A stretch of DNA of 64,000 bases from Flectonema sp. DT1601. Taxonomy: Eukaryota. The first letter of the stretch is position 1; each line of letters opens with the position of its first letter. The translations under genes were made by a program, and so were the position numbers. The notes beneath the pieces are model-generated. The model had not been told where the DNA came from. It worked only from the letters and a program-made list of their open reading frames with translations, and did no database searches. Positions 23,028 to 34,779 of this stretch are shown piece by piece. Location: positions 124,001 to 188,000 of the forward strand of contig OZ025791.1 in assembly GCA_964019425.1 (NCBI GenBank). The letters are read 5' to 3'.

Positions 23028-25112
23028 CTACTGCGAGGCCTTGAACTTGGCGACAAATTCCTCAGCACTATCCCAACACTTCTGGTATCCCTTAACATTC
23101 TTTGAAAGTCTCTCCAGATAAGCTACGATGTTTGGGAAGTCGTTCAACAAGTTCAACAACTTCAACTGGTCGACTTCCGGAGCGAACATGAAATCAGCGA
23201 GCGAGAGCTGATCTCCCAAAACGTAGTCCTGCTTTCCGAGGATGGCGTTGAATCTTTCCAACTCTGGCTGCACAGTCTTGATTCCAGCAGCAACCTTCTC
23301 CTCCTTGTCTTCCTTTCCAAACATACCGTGGAAGAACAGATCGATAGTCAGCTTTCGAACAACAGCTAAATGTCTACCGAAGTACTCATTCAGTTTCGTC
23401 TTGTCCTTCAGGTTCTTCGGAGCGAGTTCGTCACCTTCTGAGAGGAAGTTCAGAATGGCAGTGGACTCTGACAGGAAGAACTCGTCATCGACTTCGAGTG
23501 TTGGGACTTGTCCCTTCGGGTGTTTTGCAAGGTAGTCAGCAGACTTGTGCTCCCCTGCAAATACATCGACGAAGCGAACATCGACATCCTTCCCAGTGTA
23601 GTCGATGTACCACTGAAGTGATCTGCAAGGCTGTGAGAGTGCGTGTCCGTTGAGAACAAACTTCTCAGTCTTCTTTGGTGCAACAGCAGGCTGGGAGGCC
23701 TTGAACTTGGCGACAAATTCCTCAGCACTATCCCAACACTTCTGGTATCCCTTAACATTCTTTGAAAGTCTCTCCAGATAAGCTACGATGTTTGGGAAGT
23801 CGTTCAACAAGTTCAACAACTTCAACTGGTCGACTTCCGGAGCGAACATGAAATCAGCGAGCGAGAGCTGATCTCCCAAAACATAGTCTTGCTTTCCGAG
23901 GATGGCGTTGAATCTTTCCAACTCTGGCTGCACAGTCTTGATTCCAGCAGCAACCTTCTCCTCCTTGTCTTCCTTTCCAAACATACCGTGGAAGAACAGA
24001 TCGATAGTCAGCTTTCGAACAACAGCTAAATGTCTACCGAAGTACTCATTCAGTTTCGTCTTGTCCTTCAGGTTCTTCGGAGCGAGTTCGTCACCTTCTG
24101 AGAGGAAGTTCAGAATGGCAGTAGACTCTGACAGGAAGAACTCGTCATCGACTTCGAGTGTTGGGACTTGTCCCTTCGGATGTTTTGCAAGGTAGTCAGC
24201 AGACTTGTGCTCCCCTGCAAATACATCGACGAAGCGAACATCGACATCCTTCCCAGTGTAGTCGATGTACCACTGAAGTGATCTGCAAGGCTGTGAGAGT
24301 GCGTGTCCGTTGAGAACAAACTTCTCAGTCTTCTTTGGTGCAACAGCAGGCTGGGAGGCCTTGAACTTGGCGACAAATTCCTCAGCACTATCCCAACACT
24401 TCTGGTATCCCTTAACATTCTTTGAAAGTCTCTCCAGATAAGCTACGATGTTTGGGAAGTCGTTCAACAAGTTCAACAACTTCAACTGGTCGACTTCCGG
24501 AGCGAACATGAAATCAGCGAGCGAGAGCTGATCTCCCAAAACGTAGTCCTGTTTTCCGAGGATGGCGTTGAATCTTTCCAACTCTGGCTGCACAGTCTTG
24601 ATTCCAGCAGCAACCTTCTCCTCCTTGTCTTCCTTTCCAAACATACCGTGGAAGAACAGATCGATAGTCAGCTTTCGAACAACAGCTAAATGTCTACCGA
24701 AGTACTCATTCAGTTTCGTCTTGTCCTTCAGGTTCTTCGGAGCGAGTTCGTCACCTTCTGAGAGGAAGTTCAGAATGGCAGTGGACTCTGACAGGAAGAA
24801 CTCGTCATCGACTTCGAGTGTTGGGACTTGTCCCTTCGGGTGTTTTGCAAGGTAGTCAGCAGACTTGTGCTCCCCTGCAAATACATCGACGAAGCGAATA
24901 TCGACATCCTTCCCAGCGTAGTCGATGTACCACTGAAGTGATCTGCAAGGCTGTGAGAGTGCGTGTCCGTTGAGGACAAACTTCTCATCTTTTTTAGGTG
25001 CAGCGGAAGGTTTTACGGCTTCGGTAGCAGATGATGTCGGAACAGGAGCTGGAAGCGATTTATTTGTCTTCTTAGAAGGCTCTGGAGCCTGCTTAGAATT
25101 AGTACAACCCAT
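23028..25112 (-). CDS. N-acylated triple-domain glutathione S-transferase (theta-like), locus A, 694 aa
   Basis: MGCTNS myristoylation/palmitoylation start. Three 220-aa units with HALSQPCRSL (theta catalytic Ser motif, cf. DLLSQPCRA), HPKGQVPTL, LSESTAI and GDQLSLADF. Confidence 0.92.
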   Translation of the reverse strand: MGCTNSKQAPEPSKKTNKSLPAPVPTSSATEAVKPSAAPKKDEKFVLNGHALSQPCRSLQWYIDYAGKDVDIRFVDVFAGEHKSADYLAKHPKGQVPTLEVDDEFFLSESTAILNFLSEGDELAPKNLKDKTKLNEYFGRHLAVVRKLTIDLFFHGMFGKEDKEEKVAAGIKTVQPELERFNAILGKQDYVLGDQLSLADFMFAPEVDQLKLLNLLNDFPNIVAYLERLSKNVKGYQKCWDSAEEFVAKFKASQPAVAPKKTEKFVLNGHALSQPCRSLQWYIDYTGKDVDVRFVDVFAGEHKSADYLAKHPKGQVPTLEVDDEFFLSESTAILNFLSEGDELAPKNLKDKTKLNEYFGRHLAVVRKLTIDLFFHGMFGKEDKEEKVAAGIKTVQPELERFNAILGKQDYVLGDQLSLADFMFAPEVDQLKLLNLLNDFPNIVAYLERLSKNVKGYQKCWDSAEEFVAKFKASQPAVAPKKTEKFVLNGHALSQPCRSLQWYIDYTGKDVDVRFVDVFAGEHKSADYLAKHPKGQVPTLEVDDEFFLSESTAILNFLSEGDELAPKNLKDKTKLNEYFGRHLAVVRKLTIDLFFHGMFGKEDKEEKVAAGIKTVQPELERFNAILGKQDYVLGDQLSLADFMFAPEVDQLKLLNLLNDFPNIVAYLERLSKNVKGYQKCWDSAEEFVAKFKASQ
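23031..24987 (-). repeat. 3 x 660-bp near-identical tandem coding units (GST domains), locus A
   Basis: Lines beginning 23041, 23701 and 24361 are identical; only scattered, mostly synonymous differences between units. Confidence 0.95.
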
Positions 25113-25746
25113 TTTAGTGAAGTAGTGGATCTGATCTAAAAGAAGAATATTATTATTTGGAGAAGAATTAAAAGAACATCAAAACTAGAGATTGCTTCGT
25201 ACTGTATTTCTTTGTTCTGTTTTTGTTTTCATTTCTGCTGCTTCCCCACCCCCCTCTGTTCCCTTCAAAACAGCCACAGCTGCTCAATAGAAAGGCATTC
25301 CAGGCTAGCTTATCCGACAGGACAAAAAGTGAGAAAATTTCAAATGTTAAAGAAAAAAAAGAAAGGAAACAAAAGAAGCAAAAAGATATAGCAACGCCCT
25401 GCACGTTTCTTTCACACTCACCATTTTAGTTAAAAAAGGGATCGTTGTCATAAAGGATGATGAACCCGTCTTAGAAACTGTTATAACTTTGATAACAGTG
25501 AGATTGCTTTAGTACTTCTCTTGACAACTCTTCGCCCTCAAAAGAGGGGAATCTCTACGACAGGAAAGCTTTATTGCCATCGCATTCTGCATCTTCAACA
25601 CTCAAAACACTTCTGATATCATAAGTGTGCTGAGCACGTGAGTAACCGAACTGCAAAGGTTAACATTAGCGGACAGTGAAGTCCACATATACTACACGAG
25701 GAGATGCTGGTGGATATCTCACTCACTCACAACAAATAATTAAATC

Positions 25747-28694
25747 TCAGAGTAAGTCGTCGTCAATTGGAGCAGTGGTAGCAGCAGGTGCTGGTCCTCC
25801 CAACAAATCATCCAAATCATCAGTCGCTGCTGGAGCTGCAGGTGCTGGTCCACCCAACAAGTCATCAACATCGACGTCAGCTTTCGCTGCTTCCGGAGCA
25901 GGTCCGCCCAATAAATCATCCAACATTGGATCCTCATGTTTTGGTTCTGCGGCCTCCTTTGCTGGAGGTGGTCCTCCAAGCAAATCATCGACATCATCAT
26001 CAACCTTCTTCACAGGTTCTTCAGGTGCAGACTTCGCTGCTGGTTCTGGAGCCGATGTTGGCGCAACACCCAGCAAGTCATCAGATAGTGCAAGTCCTCC
26101 GATTTCCTGGTTTTGATTTCTGAAATATTTGAATAAATGACATCACCTGCTGCAGTCTAATAAATGACATCACCTGCTGCAGTCTAATAAATGACATCAC
26201 CTGCTGCAGTCTAATAAATGACATCACCTGCTGCAGTCTAATAAATGACATCACCTGCTGCAGTCTAATAAATGACATCACCTGCTGCAGTCTAATAAAT
26301 GCTACTTGTGGACAAGTTGTAAAGTACCAAATAATATAATAAATAAATAATTCAAGAGGTACATACCTGAATCTTTTTGTTTGCCTTCAAAAGGCTGTTC
26401 TGTGCGGCACCTGCCAAACTCCAATCATCAACTACACCCTTATTTACTGCGTCGATTAGCTTTTTGTCATCGAGTGCTGCTTTGATCTTCTTTCTGTCTT
26501 TCATTTCGGTGATGTCACAGTGATTACGAAGATCGTCATCATCAAACAATCCAGAAGTCATAACTTCTAAAGTCATATCACGATCAGCCATCGTGTGATG
26601 GTATTTCTCCAAGTGAATTGCTTTCAGAAATCTCGCGAGTGGTGTAGCCGTTCCGATATCTACAACCTTCGGCATCTCATCTTTGTGACGAGTGAGAAGT
26701 AAATCTCTCGCCGTCTTCTCCGCAGCCGCTGTGTCTTTTCTCATTTGCGCTTCATCCTTTTCTAAAGCCTTTTTCGGATCTTCTGTTGTTGTAATCCACT
26801 CCAATCCGTCATCTCCTACCAGAGTAGGATCTTCTAAACCCTTCAGAATTTGAGCTCTGTGGTCGCCATTCTCAATTCCGAATAACTTTAACGAAGCGTT
26901 GTCAATTAATCCACAAGCAAGAGTCTCTAAAGTGATGTCTTTACTGTGAAGGAATCCGAAATATTGCGGAAGGCCAACTCCTGTCAGAAATCTTCCGAGA
27001 GGCACACTAGCATCACAGGCCTCAGCGCAGGGTGCGAATTCAGAGTGCGCGAAGGCGAGGTCCTTCCTGGAGACTGTCTCGTTGCTCAAGATTTCTTCGC
27101 GGCTTTCGTCTTCCTTCTCCTCCAGGGCTGCGAGTTTCGGAGATGCCGGTCCGCTGTCGTCAGCAAGAAGATCATCCAAACCGTCATCGTCATCGACAGC
27201 ACCACCAACTCCTCCGTCCCCTAATGAAAGGGAGTCTGAGTCGTCGTCTAATAAGTCGTCGGCAACATCTTCTTCCTTGCCACCCTTCTTCTTCTTCTTC
27301 GCTCCTCCGATGGCGGGGCGCGCTTCTCTCGCCGCTTGGATAATCTTCTCATTGCCCGCGACCTTCAACAACTTAACGCGATGCGCTTTGTTCTTAACAC
27401 CGAAATGAAGAAAGTCACGATCATCGAGCAGTCCGGAGGCAAAAACATCCAAAGTCACATTATTATCAACTGCAAGAGGTACGTAGTACTGTGCGAGGTT
27501 AACGGACTTTAGAAGTCTTCCAAATGGGTCTTCGTCAGCACCCTCCGGAAGGGAAGCGACTGAGGCATCATCATCGTCATCGTCATCATCTTCTTCAGAT
27601 TCAGCAGCGGTGGCCTCCACCTTGGCTTCGACATCACCTCCTCCGAAAGCTCCCTTTTCTTCTTCGTCACTTTCGTCATCGTCCTTTTGCTTCATCGACT
27701 CAGGAACAGGAGGTGCCGGGGCTGGAGCTTGTCCACCTTCCTTAGCCATCGACTGCCAAACGTTGTCTCTCCACTGTTCCTCAGCCTTCTTCTCTTCAGA
27801 ACTCAAAGAGTTCCACTTATTCAACTCTTTCATATAACTCAATTTAGTGAAAGGCTCTCTGTGGTTTAGGTGCCAACCATCTGGTTTGCCGAGCTTGATT
27901 TCTTTTTCGAGCTGATCCTTGTCGCGGAGTTGCTCGAGTTCAAGCATCCTTTCATTGTTGCCGGCTCTCGTTTGATGAATGTAAAGAGTTCTGGCGTACC
28001 GCACAAAGTTTCGAATGTCCAGATTGTGAACCATCAAATCGAATTCAGGACAGTCACCAAATTTTGGATGAGGAAGTTTATTTGGAAGAGTCATAATAAT
28101 GTAAAGATCCTTCTTAGCGTCTTGAGCAACAATAATTTTAATAACTTCTGTTATTCCAATACAACGCATCACACTCGAGTTGAACATACAAAGATAAATG
28201 TAATCGTGGCAAAGGATGAGAACATGTTCGGCTGTACCGAAGTCAGCCGTCAATATCTTTACAACACCAAACCAATGGACTACAGATCTCTTAAGAAATG
28301 CAAACTGTTCTTTGAAGTCTGCAGAGATGTTAACTAACGGAAGTCCTGACATCGGATCCGTGTCTGGGTACCCATCAGGACTTCCAGTAATACGACGCTT
28401 AACACAATTAGTTAATAACATACACCACTTGTCGTATTGATCTGAAGTACCAGCTTTAAGATGCCATTGCTTCTCTTTGACTCCCTTCTTTACAAGTCCA
28501 CTGGAAGCGACTTCAAACACAACGATGAATGTCAACTCGCTTCTGCTGACGACATCAATATTGTGAACTTTTACAATCTCTGGTTCCTTACTACCTTCTC
28601 TCACAGTTAACGTGTCATCATCAAGAACAGCTCTCACTGGAGCCCATCTCCACAGTTTTCCTTTCCTTTCGAGCGTCCCCTCCAACCTCGCCAT
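25747..28694 (-). CDS. PH domain + PH-like domain + three SAM-like domains + C-terminal DDLL-repeat tail; 2 exons (28694-26367, 26106-25747), ~895 aa
   Basis: N-terminal PH (LEGTLERKGKLWRW..WHLKAGTSDQYDKWCMLL). Three SAM-like units (LLKSVNLAQYY..FGVKNKAHRVKLL; FLTGVGLPQYF..FGIENGDHRAQIL; FLKAIHLEKYH..ITEMKDRKKI). Intron 26366-26107 restores frame into the DDLLGGP-repeat ORF. Confidence 0.8.
26132..26301. repeat. Intronic minisatellite, 6.3 x 27 bp (aataaatgacatcacctgctgcagtct)
   Basis: Six identical units starting 26132, 26159, 26186, 26213, 26240 and 26267, plus an 8-bp partial; no spacers. Confidence 0.97.
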
Positions 28695-30116
28695 GTTTGT
28701 TTAGACCTTAGAGAGTGTGTGTTGTGTTGATATTGATTTCCTCTTCCAACTAAATATCACTTCAAGAAAAGACTCACTGTGAGAGGAAGTACTTTTATAA
28801 ACCAATCAGTCAATTACTTTGTGACAATAACAACGTCGCTGTGGCATCACAACGATCACGAAAGTGTTGAAAGTTTGAATCCTTATTCCTTACTTCAATA
28901 ACAACTATTTTGTAACTAAAATTTTATAAAAGATTATTAAAAAAAAAAAAAATAAAAAATAACCAAACAACTCAACAGGTGTTTTTATCGAAAAGGGCAA
29001 CCCATAAATCTTTAGGATGCTCGAAATACTGTTTTTTGAACAACCCGCTCTCAATACGGACCTCACCAATTTTATGTGTTCTGATGCTCACCAGAGGAAC
29101 TCTGAGACGAGTAATCAAAAAGAGGAAAGAATACGACAGCACAGCTCTTGTAAGCAGCAGTGTGTTGGTAGCAAAAGTAGATTCAAAAAATAGGAATCGG
29201 ATCGCGAGAAGTATTTAGTGCACCGCACCCCACTTCAAGTATCATCAGCGAGAAGGAACTAAGATCCTGCTACTGCCTAACAGCTGTTTATTCGCAAACA
29301 GACGCAAGTAATTGAGTAAAAGTGCTGCTAAGTTGGTTGGAAAACACGCATCGATCATCTCTGAGAGAGAGATCTAATTATTTGAAATAATTGACATTCC
29401 CTACGCACATTTCTTAAAACAGATTTCTTACTTTCTTTTATTAAGTGTCGAGTAGTTTAATGTGAAATAGAATTGACTTAGGGGACGATCTCAGGGAAAG
29501 ACTCGGCTGACATCTACGGATCCGCTGTTTTATATATTCGATTCGTTCTCTTTGACTTTTAGTAATTGTAACTATCACACACTCTGAGTTGTTATGTGAG
29601 TACACAGTTTTAGAACAGCGCAGTATAACTCCAACTCAAGTAATTAATACAGAACGGAGTTAGTGACATGAATGTGATACAAGAAAATGAACAAACGTTA
29701 TACGACAACAACAATAAAATCAGTTCTGTGGTCTTCTTCTTGAGGCTTGCAGTCGGGACACTGCAGAGTGTCCCTCAAAAAAAGAGGAGAAAAAAGGGAT
29801 GAAACATTAAAGATAGCAACTGCTGAAAACATCGGCAGAGATTCCAACTAAAACGAAAAAAAGAAGAAAAAAAAATTTATTTGCTTGAGCACGCACTGCA
29901 TCCGAACCGAAGCACCAGAGGACGAGAGTTCACTGCGCGAACAACTCGTAAAGTAAAAAAGGCAACTGGTGAGAAAATGAATTGACATTCACTAATTGTT
30001 AGGTGGACAGCCTACAAATAATAATATACATCTAATACCTACTTACCTTCTTCATATCATTAATCTAAAGCTAAACCATCCTGTTAGCCAGCAGACCCAA
30101 CAGAAGTCATCACTGA

Positions 30117-32819
30117 CTACCTGCTGGGCTGGTCACTCGATCGTACAAAAGTAAAGTCATCAAATACGATCGTTGCGTTGTCCTGTTTTTTTTAAATTTC
30201 GGAAACAGACGATGAGTTCATTAAAAGTAACAACGAAAAATATAAAAATAGTATTTTCAATAACTAATTTATTAAAATCATACTTTAGAATCGGTTGGGT
30301 TCGGTCCAACATCAACGCTCTCTCTTTTAAACCCCTCATCAACATATCGAGTGTCATCTCCTTTGTGTTGGGGAACAAACGGAACGGGAACCTTCTTCAG
30401 CTCGATATCTTCCTTTGTAATCCCATCGAAGAAAGGAGTTGCGAAAAGTACTTCAGTTGTTTGAATTCGGTTCGTTGGATCCTTTGCGAGAGTTCCCGTA
30501 ATGCACTCTCTCGCTTTCGTTGACATCCACTTTGGGAAAGGAGGAGGTCGAGAGACGATGGATTCATATAAAACGCGAACGTTGCCCATGTTCGGGAACG
30601 GTGCTGTTCCAACAATCATTTCAAATAAGAACACTCCGAGACTCCACCAGTCAGCAGCCTATTGTTATTTGTTTTGTTTTGTGGTGTTTGAATTTTACAT
30701 AAAGCGCTGATCGTAAAGATACCTCCCTGAGGTCTCCTCTCTCTCTGAGGGTAGAAATCTTTACTCGTATTCAAAATTTCTGTAAGGATGTCTTCAGATT
30801 TATACTTCTAAATTATTAGAATCCACTCGCTCACAGGAGGATCCAATGCGATGTTTAACTTTATAAGAAAACCTGGAGGGGTTCAAAACTCAAGGTCTTC
30901 CTGGAGGGTTTCCTAAAACAAGTAAATCGTAATCAAAACTTTCTTTCAAAAGCGTTTCAGGCACAAGAGGAATTACGAAGTAGCGAGGCGGCCGTCTTTG
31001 ACATTCACAGCTGTCTAATTTCCATCAAAGCGACGACGTTCAACTTCGGAATACATCGACGGCATCGATTAGAGAAACAAAGAGAAAAAAAAACCTAAAA
31101 TTATAATATAAATTAGCATACCCTTCCATGTCCTTGCTTTAAGATTAACTCTGGTGCCATGTACTGAGGGGTTCCACAGAAAGTGTGCGTCACACTAGTG
31201 ACTTCGGTCTTTGCGAGTCCAAAGTCTGTGAGGCAGACGTGACCATCTCGATCAAGAACGAGGTTTTCAGGTTTCAAGTCGCGGTAAATAATATTTCTAC
31301 TGTGAAGGTGTTCTAACGCACACGATATCTCCGCTGTGTAGAATCGCGATCGCTCTTCATTGAATCTGTGCTCGTTAACAAGATGATAAAATAACTCTCC
31401 GCCAGTCAAGAAGTCTAAAATGAATACGAGTTGTCTACGAGTTTGGAAAGCGTAGTGCATCTTAACTACAAACGGATGATTTGATGCTTCGAGAATCTCT
31501 TTTTCTGCCTTCGTGTGAGGAACCATGTGGTGTTTGACAATAACGTCCTTCTGAAGTACTTTCATTGCGTAGATTCGACTGTCAGTTTTGTGTTTTACTT
31601 TTAATACCTTTCCAAAGGAACCAACTCCAACAACTACCAGCAACTCAAAGTCTTGAAGAGTTGGCGTCACAGCAGGTGTTGCAGCGTCTCCGACTGTGTT
31701 ATCAAATACACAACTCGCGTCTTGAATGTCGATCATGGAATTCATAAACGATCCCGGCAACGACTCCGGCTGATCTCCTCCAACAAACTTCGTGTAATGT
31801 TGAGCAGCGTGTGATATCGCTTCCATCCACTTCTTTCTTTCATCGTTGCTGTTCGCTGCCAAAATATATGTTCGCTGTAACTTTGGTCCGAACAAACAAA
31901 ACGAAAACGGACGAATAGTTGTCTCTGCGCATGTTGTCTGTTCTAATGGGATTTCACCAATTTGTTCTCCTCTCTTCTTTGCTGAGTAATAAAGAGCTCC
32001 TTGTGCACCTCGAAGTTCAAAATAACGTTCCTTGAAATGGGCTTTAAAAGGACCCCATCCACCTCCCTGTTTCTGAAGGTAACCTTCTTTATTGAGAGAC
32101 TTCTTCTGAGAACTACTGATGTCTCCTCCAACCACAGCGGCTGCGAGTCCAGCAACTTGTTGCGAAGATAGTTTTAATTGAGGATCTTGATGTGTGTGAA
32201 GTTGTTGAGGAGGTCTGAAGTGATTCTCAGCAGGTGCTTGTTGGGGTGATGCGCTGACAACGCTGTCGTCACCACCTGGAGTCTCGTTTAGCGAACCAGC
32301 GAGTGCTTCGGCTACTCGAGCGCGTACTTCAGAGTCGTGTGCATTCTGGCGAAGGTCCCGAACGGTTCTCTCGAGTTCCTTAACGCGGTCTCTGAGAACA
32401 ACAACTTCTGCAGTATCAGCTGCTGCATCACTCGCTCCCCTTGTTAATGATTCCAACTGCTGCTGCAGTCTCTCATTCTCAGCGCGCAATGCAATCGACT
32501 CTGCTTCAACAGGTGCAAGAGCCACACCGCGCTCTCTCGTCTTTTCCGGTTGTACGTAGTCCTGAACTAATTCCTTCGTTTTGGAGACGAGTGTTGCAAC
32601 TTTTCGTTCCAACTCCTGATTCTGAATATCCTTCTCTGCGAGCTTCTTCTTCAAGTCTTCAACAACATCTCCTCCACCAGTTCGGAGTGCCTCGTTGTCG
32701 GATTGAAGTTGTCTGAAATGTCGAAGAAGTTCTTTTAATTTGTCGTTCTGTTCCCTCGCAAGGCAGACGAGCGACTCCTTCGACAGGCTGTCATAAGAAC
32801 CCTCACAAGGTTCGTCCAT
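30117..32819 (-). CDS. Akt/PKB-like AGC Ser/Thr kinase with N-terminal coiled-coil and PH domain, 3 exons (32819-31122, 30658-30284, 30182-30117), ~712 aa
   Basis: PH (KEGYLQKQGG..FKERYFEL..ERKKWMEAI), GVGSFGKV, YAMK, YRDLKPEN, DFG, activation loop THTFCGTPQYMAPE, |AADWWSLG, and hydrophobic motif FDDFTF in exon 3. Confidence 0.9.
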
Positions 32820-33128
32820 TCCTGAGAAAAAGACTTTATGAAATACACGACATTATCAAATATCAAATTAAAACTCAAACACGTTTGCTGTGTGCAGTAA
32901 CAATGCACTTCTAATCATATTATAACTACACTGCTGTCTTAATGATGAATATTAACAGAGGGTCAACTATTCAAGTCAATGATAAGTTTTCGATACAAAA
33001 GAAATGAAATAACTGGAAAGGGAATTTATAAACTATAATAAAAACAATACATATAAATAGTCAAAAGAGGTACAAAAGTCAAAACCTAATCTCAACTTAG
33101 CTGGTTGAACAATTTTTCAAAGCAGAGC

Positions 33129-34472
33129 TCAGAGGTCTTCCATATTTGGAGATGAGAAGACGAGCGACTGGTGCAATTCGGAGTGCAGACGATTTGGTTG
33201 AGATCTTTGACGAGCGTTGAAAGCATCGATATTATGCTGTGCTGTGTTGTATGCGTCGTCTCTCAATTTCGCTAGTGAATCGTGTGCTGGTATTGAAGGC
33301 ACACTACTTATCTGCTGTGTTGGGACTTGACCAACAGGTGACGTTACAAAGTCTGACGGCACATTCAGTTCGAGTATCTTTGCGAGTGCAGTGAGGTCGA
33401 CTTGCCTCGCAATTTCATTTCCATCCAAACCGTAAGCTGCTTCCGGCTGTGCAGGTGCTGGCGGGGAATAAATTCCGCCCGCTTGCGGAGTTGGAAGAGG
33501 TTGGTAACTGCCAGCCCCGCTGCGCATTTCACCCACCGTGTTGTTAAGTCTTTCGATTGTGTCGGTTTGACTCAAACTCTGATTCAGAAGGTGAGGAACT
33601 ATAGAAAGGGCTTGACTGGAACGATGTTTCTGTTCGGAGAGAGCTTTCATGTGTTCCTGAATAGCTGCCGTCTGCTTGGCGATCAAAAGATCTTTTCTTT
33701 TCATAGCTTCAACAAGACAGAGGAGGTCTTCTTTTGTTGGAGGAATCCATCCATCCGAGTTGGGATCACAATTAGCAGGAGGAGGACTACCAGGAAGGTC
33801 TGCTGGTGTGATTTCATTATCTGGTGGACGAGGACTCATTCGAATACTTCGCATCCTTTGAGGTGACACAGAAGGACTGACTGGGACTGCTCCCACACCA
33901 GCAGCAATAGAGTACATTGACTGTTGACTCATAACTGGTTGATGACTTGCAATTGGTACTAACATCTCATCTGTTGGTCCAATTCCTTCAAATTTTAGTT
34001 TTAAAATTTTAATAAGTTCCTCCTCATGTCCGCGGTACGCTCCCATCATAGCTCCGATACAGTTCGCTTTCAATGGTTCGTAACGCCGATAAAGTGCTTC
34101 GACGATACTCCGTTGTCGAGAAGCGTCGTTGAGTGGGATGAGTCCCCTGTCTGAGAAGTAAGTACTACGGTAGCGGCCTTCGAGAGTCGTCAGTAGACTC
34201 TCAAGTCCGCGAGGATGCCAATCTCTCACTAATTTTGAAACTCCTTTTGTTTTTGAAGGGTAGTAAGCTCTGTAGAAATCATCAATCGCACACCAAACTT
34301 CAAAGAAACGCCATGCTCCGTACTTCTCTTCCAGCTTTCGATACATACTTTCCTCCCTCCCTGAATAAGTATTTACCACCTTGGCTATACTTTGTAACTT
34401 GTCAGGTGCATGGAGAGAGTAAAACACGTAAAGCCGCTCGGCAGGGCTGGCAGCGTCTATCGAATGCGCCAT
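33129..34472 (-). CDS. Hypothetical protein with three N-terminal helical repeats (RL..FY....P.K......Y.G.E..L...L..KY) and a coiled-coil, ~447 aa
   Basis: Units ERLYVFYSLHAPDK..YSGREESMYRKLEEKYG, AIDDFYRAYYPSK..LLTTLEGRY and IVEALYRRYEPLK..YRGHEEELIKILKLKF. ATG at 34472 follows TTTCTCAG. Confidence 0.75.
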   Translation of the reverse strand: MAHSIDAASPAERLYVFYSLHAPDKLQSIAKVVNTYSGREESMYRKLEEKYGAWRFFEVWCAIDDFYRAYYPSKTKGVSKLVRDWHPRGLESLLTTLEGRYRSTYFSDRGLIPLNDASRQRSIVEALYRRYEPLKANCIGAMMGAYRGHEEELIKILKLKFEGIGPTDEMLVPIASHQPVMSQQSMYSIAAGVGAVPVSPSVSPQRMRSIRMSPRPPDNEITPADLPGSPPPANCDPNSDGWIPPTKEDLLCLVEAMKRKDLLIAKQTAAIQEHMKALSEQKHRSSQALSIVPHLLNQSLSQTDTIERLNNTVGEMRSGAGSYQPLPTPQAGGIYSPPAPAQPEAAYGLDGNEIARQVDLTALAKILELNVPSDFVTSPVGQVPTQQISSVPSIPAHDSLAKLRDDAYNTAQHNIDAFNARQRSQPNRLHSELHQSLVFSSPNMEDL

Positions 34473-34779
34473 CTGTTGAATCTGAGAAATGAATACAAAC
34501 AATTAATTTGTGAAGACTTCTTTAAAACTCAAATGTTGTGAACAGGCATTGCTTTCTTAATTAAGACTGTAGAGTAAATAAATTTCTTGTTATTTAATCA
34601 CCAACAGCAACAATCTGTGTAGCTATTCGCGAAGTACCTCAACTAATAACAAAACAAAGACTGTTCCTTAAAGAGAGAAAAGATATTAATGAAATGCCTA
34701 ACACATCAGCTCAAAGTCTGTTGTGATAAGTTAGACTACTTCAAGTACGGTGTGGCTGCTGTTCGATGATATTCTCAAC

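Noticed and set aside
23242..24988. Repeated 97-aa and 102-aa ORFs overlapping the GST gene (and equivalents at 54721-56250)
   Set aside because: Antisense or alternate-frame shadows that recur only because the GST unit is triplicated.
26081..26301. 27-bp repeat as a CRISPR array or a (QVMSFIRLQ)n protein
   Set aside because: Units are contiguous without spacers, no cas genes, eukaryotic context, and it lies inside a frame-supported intron.
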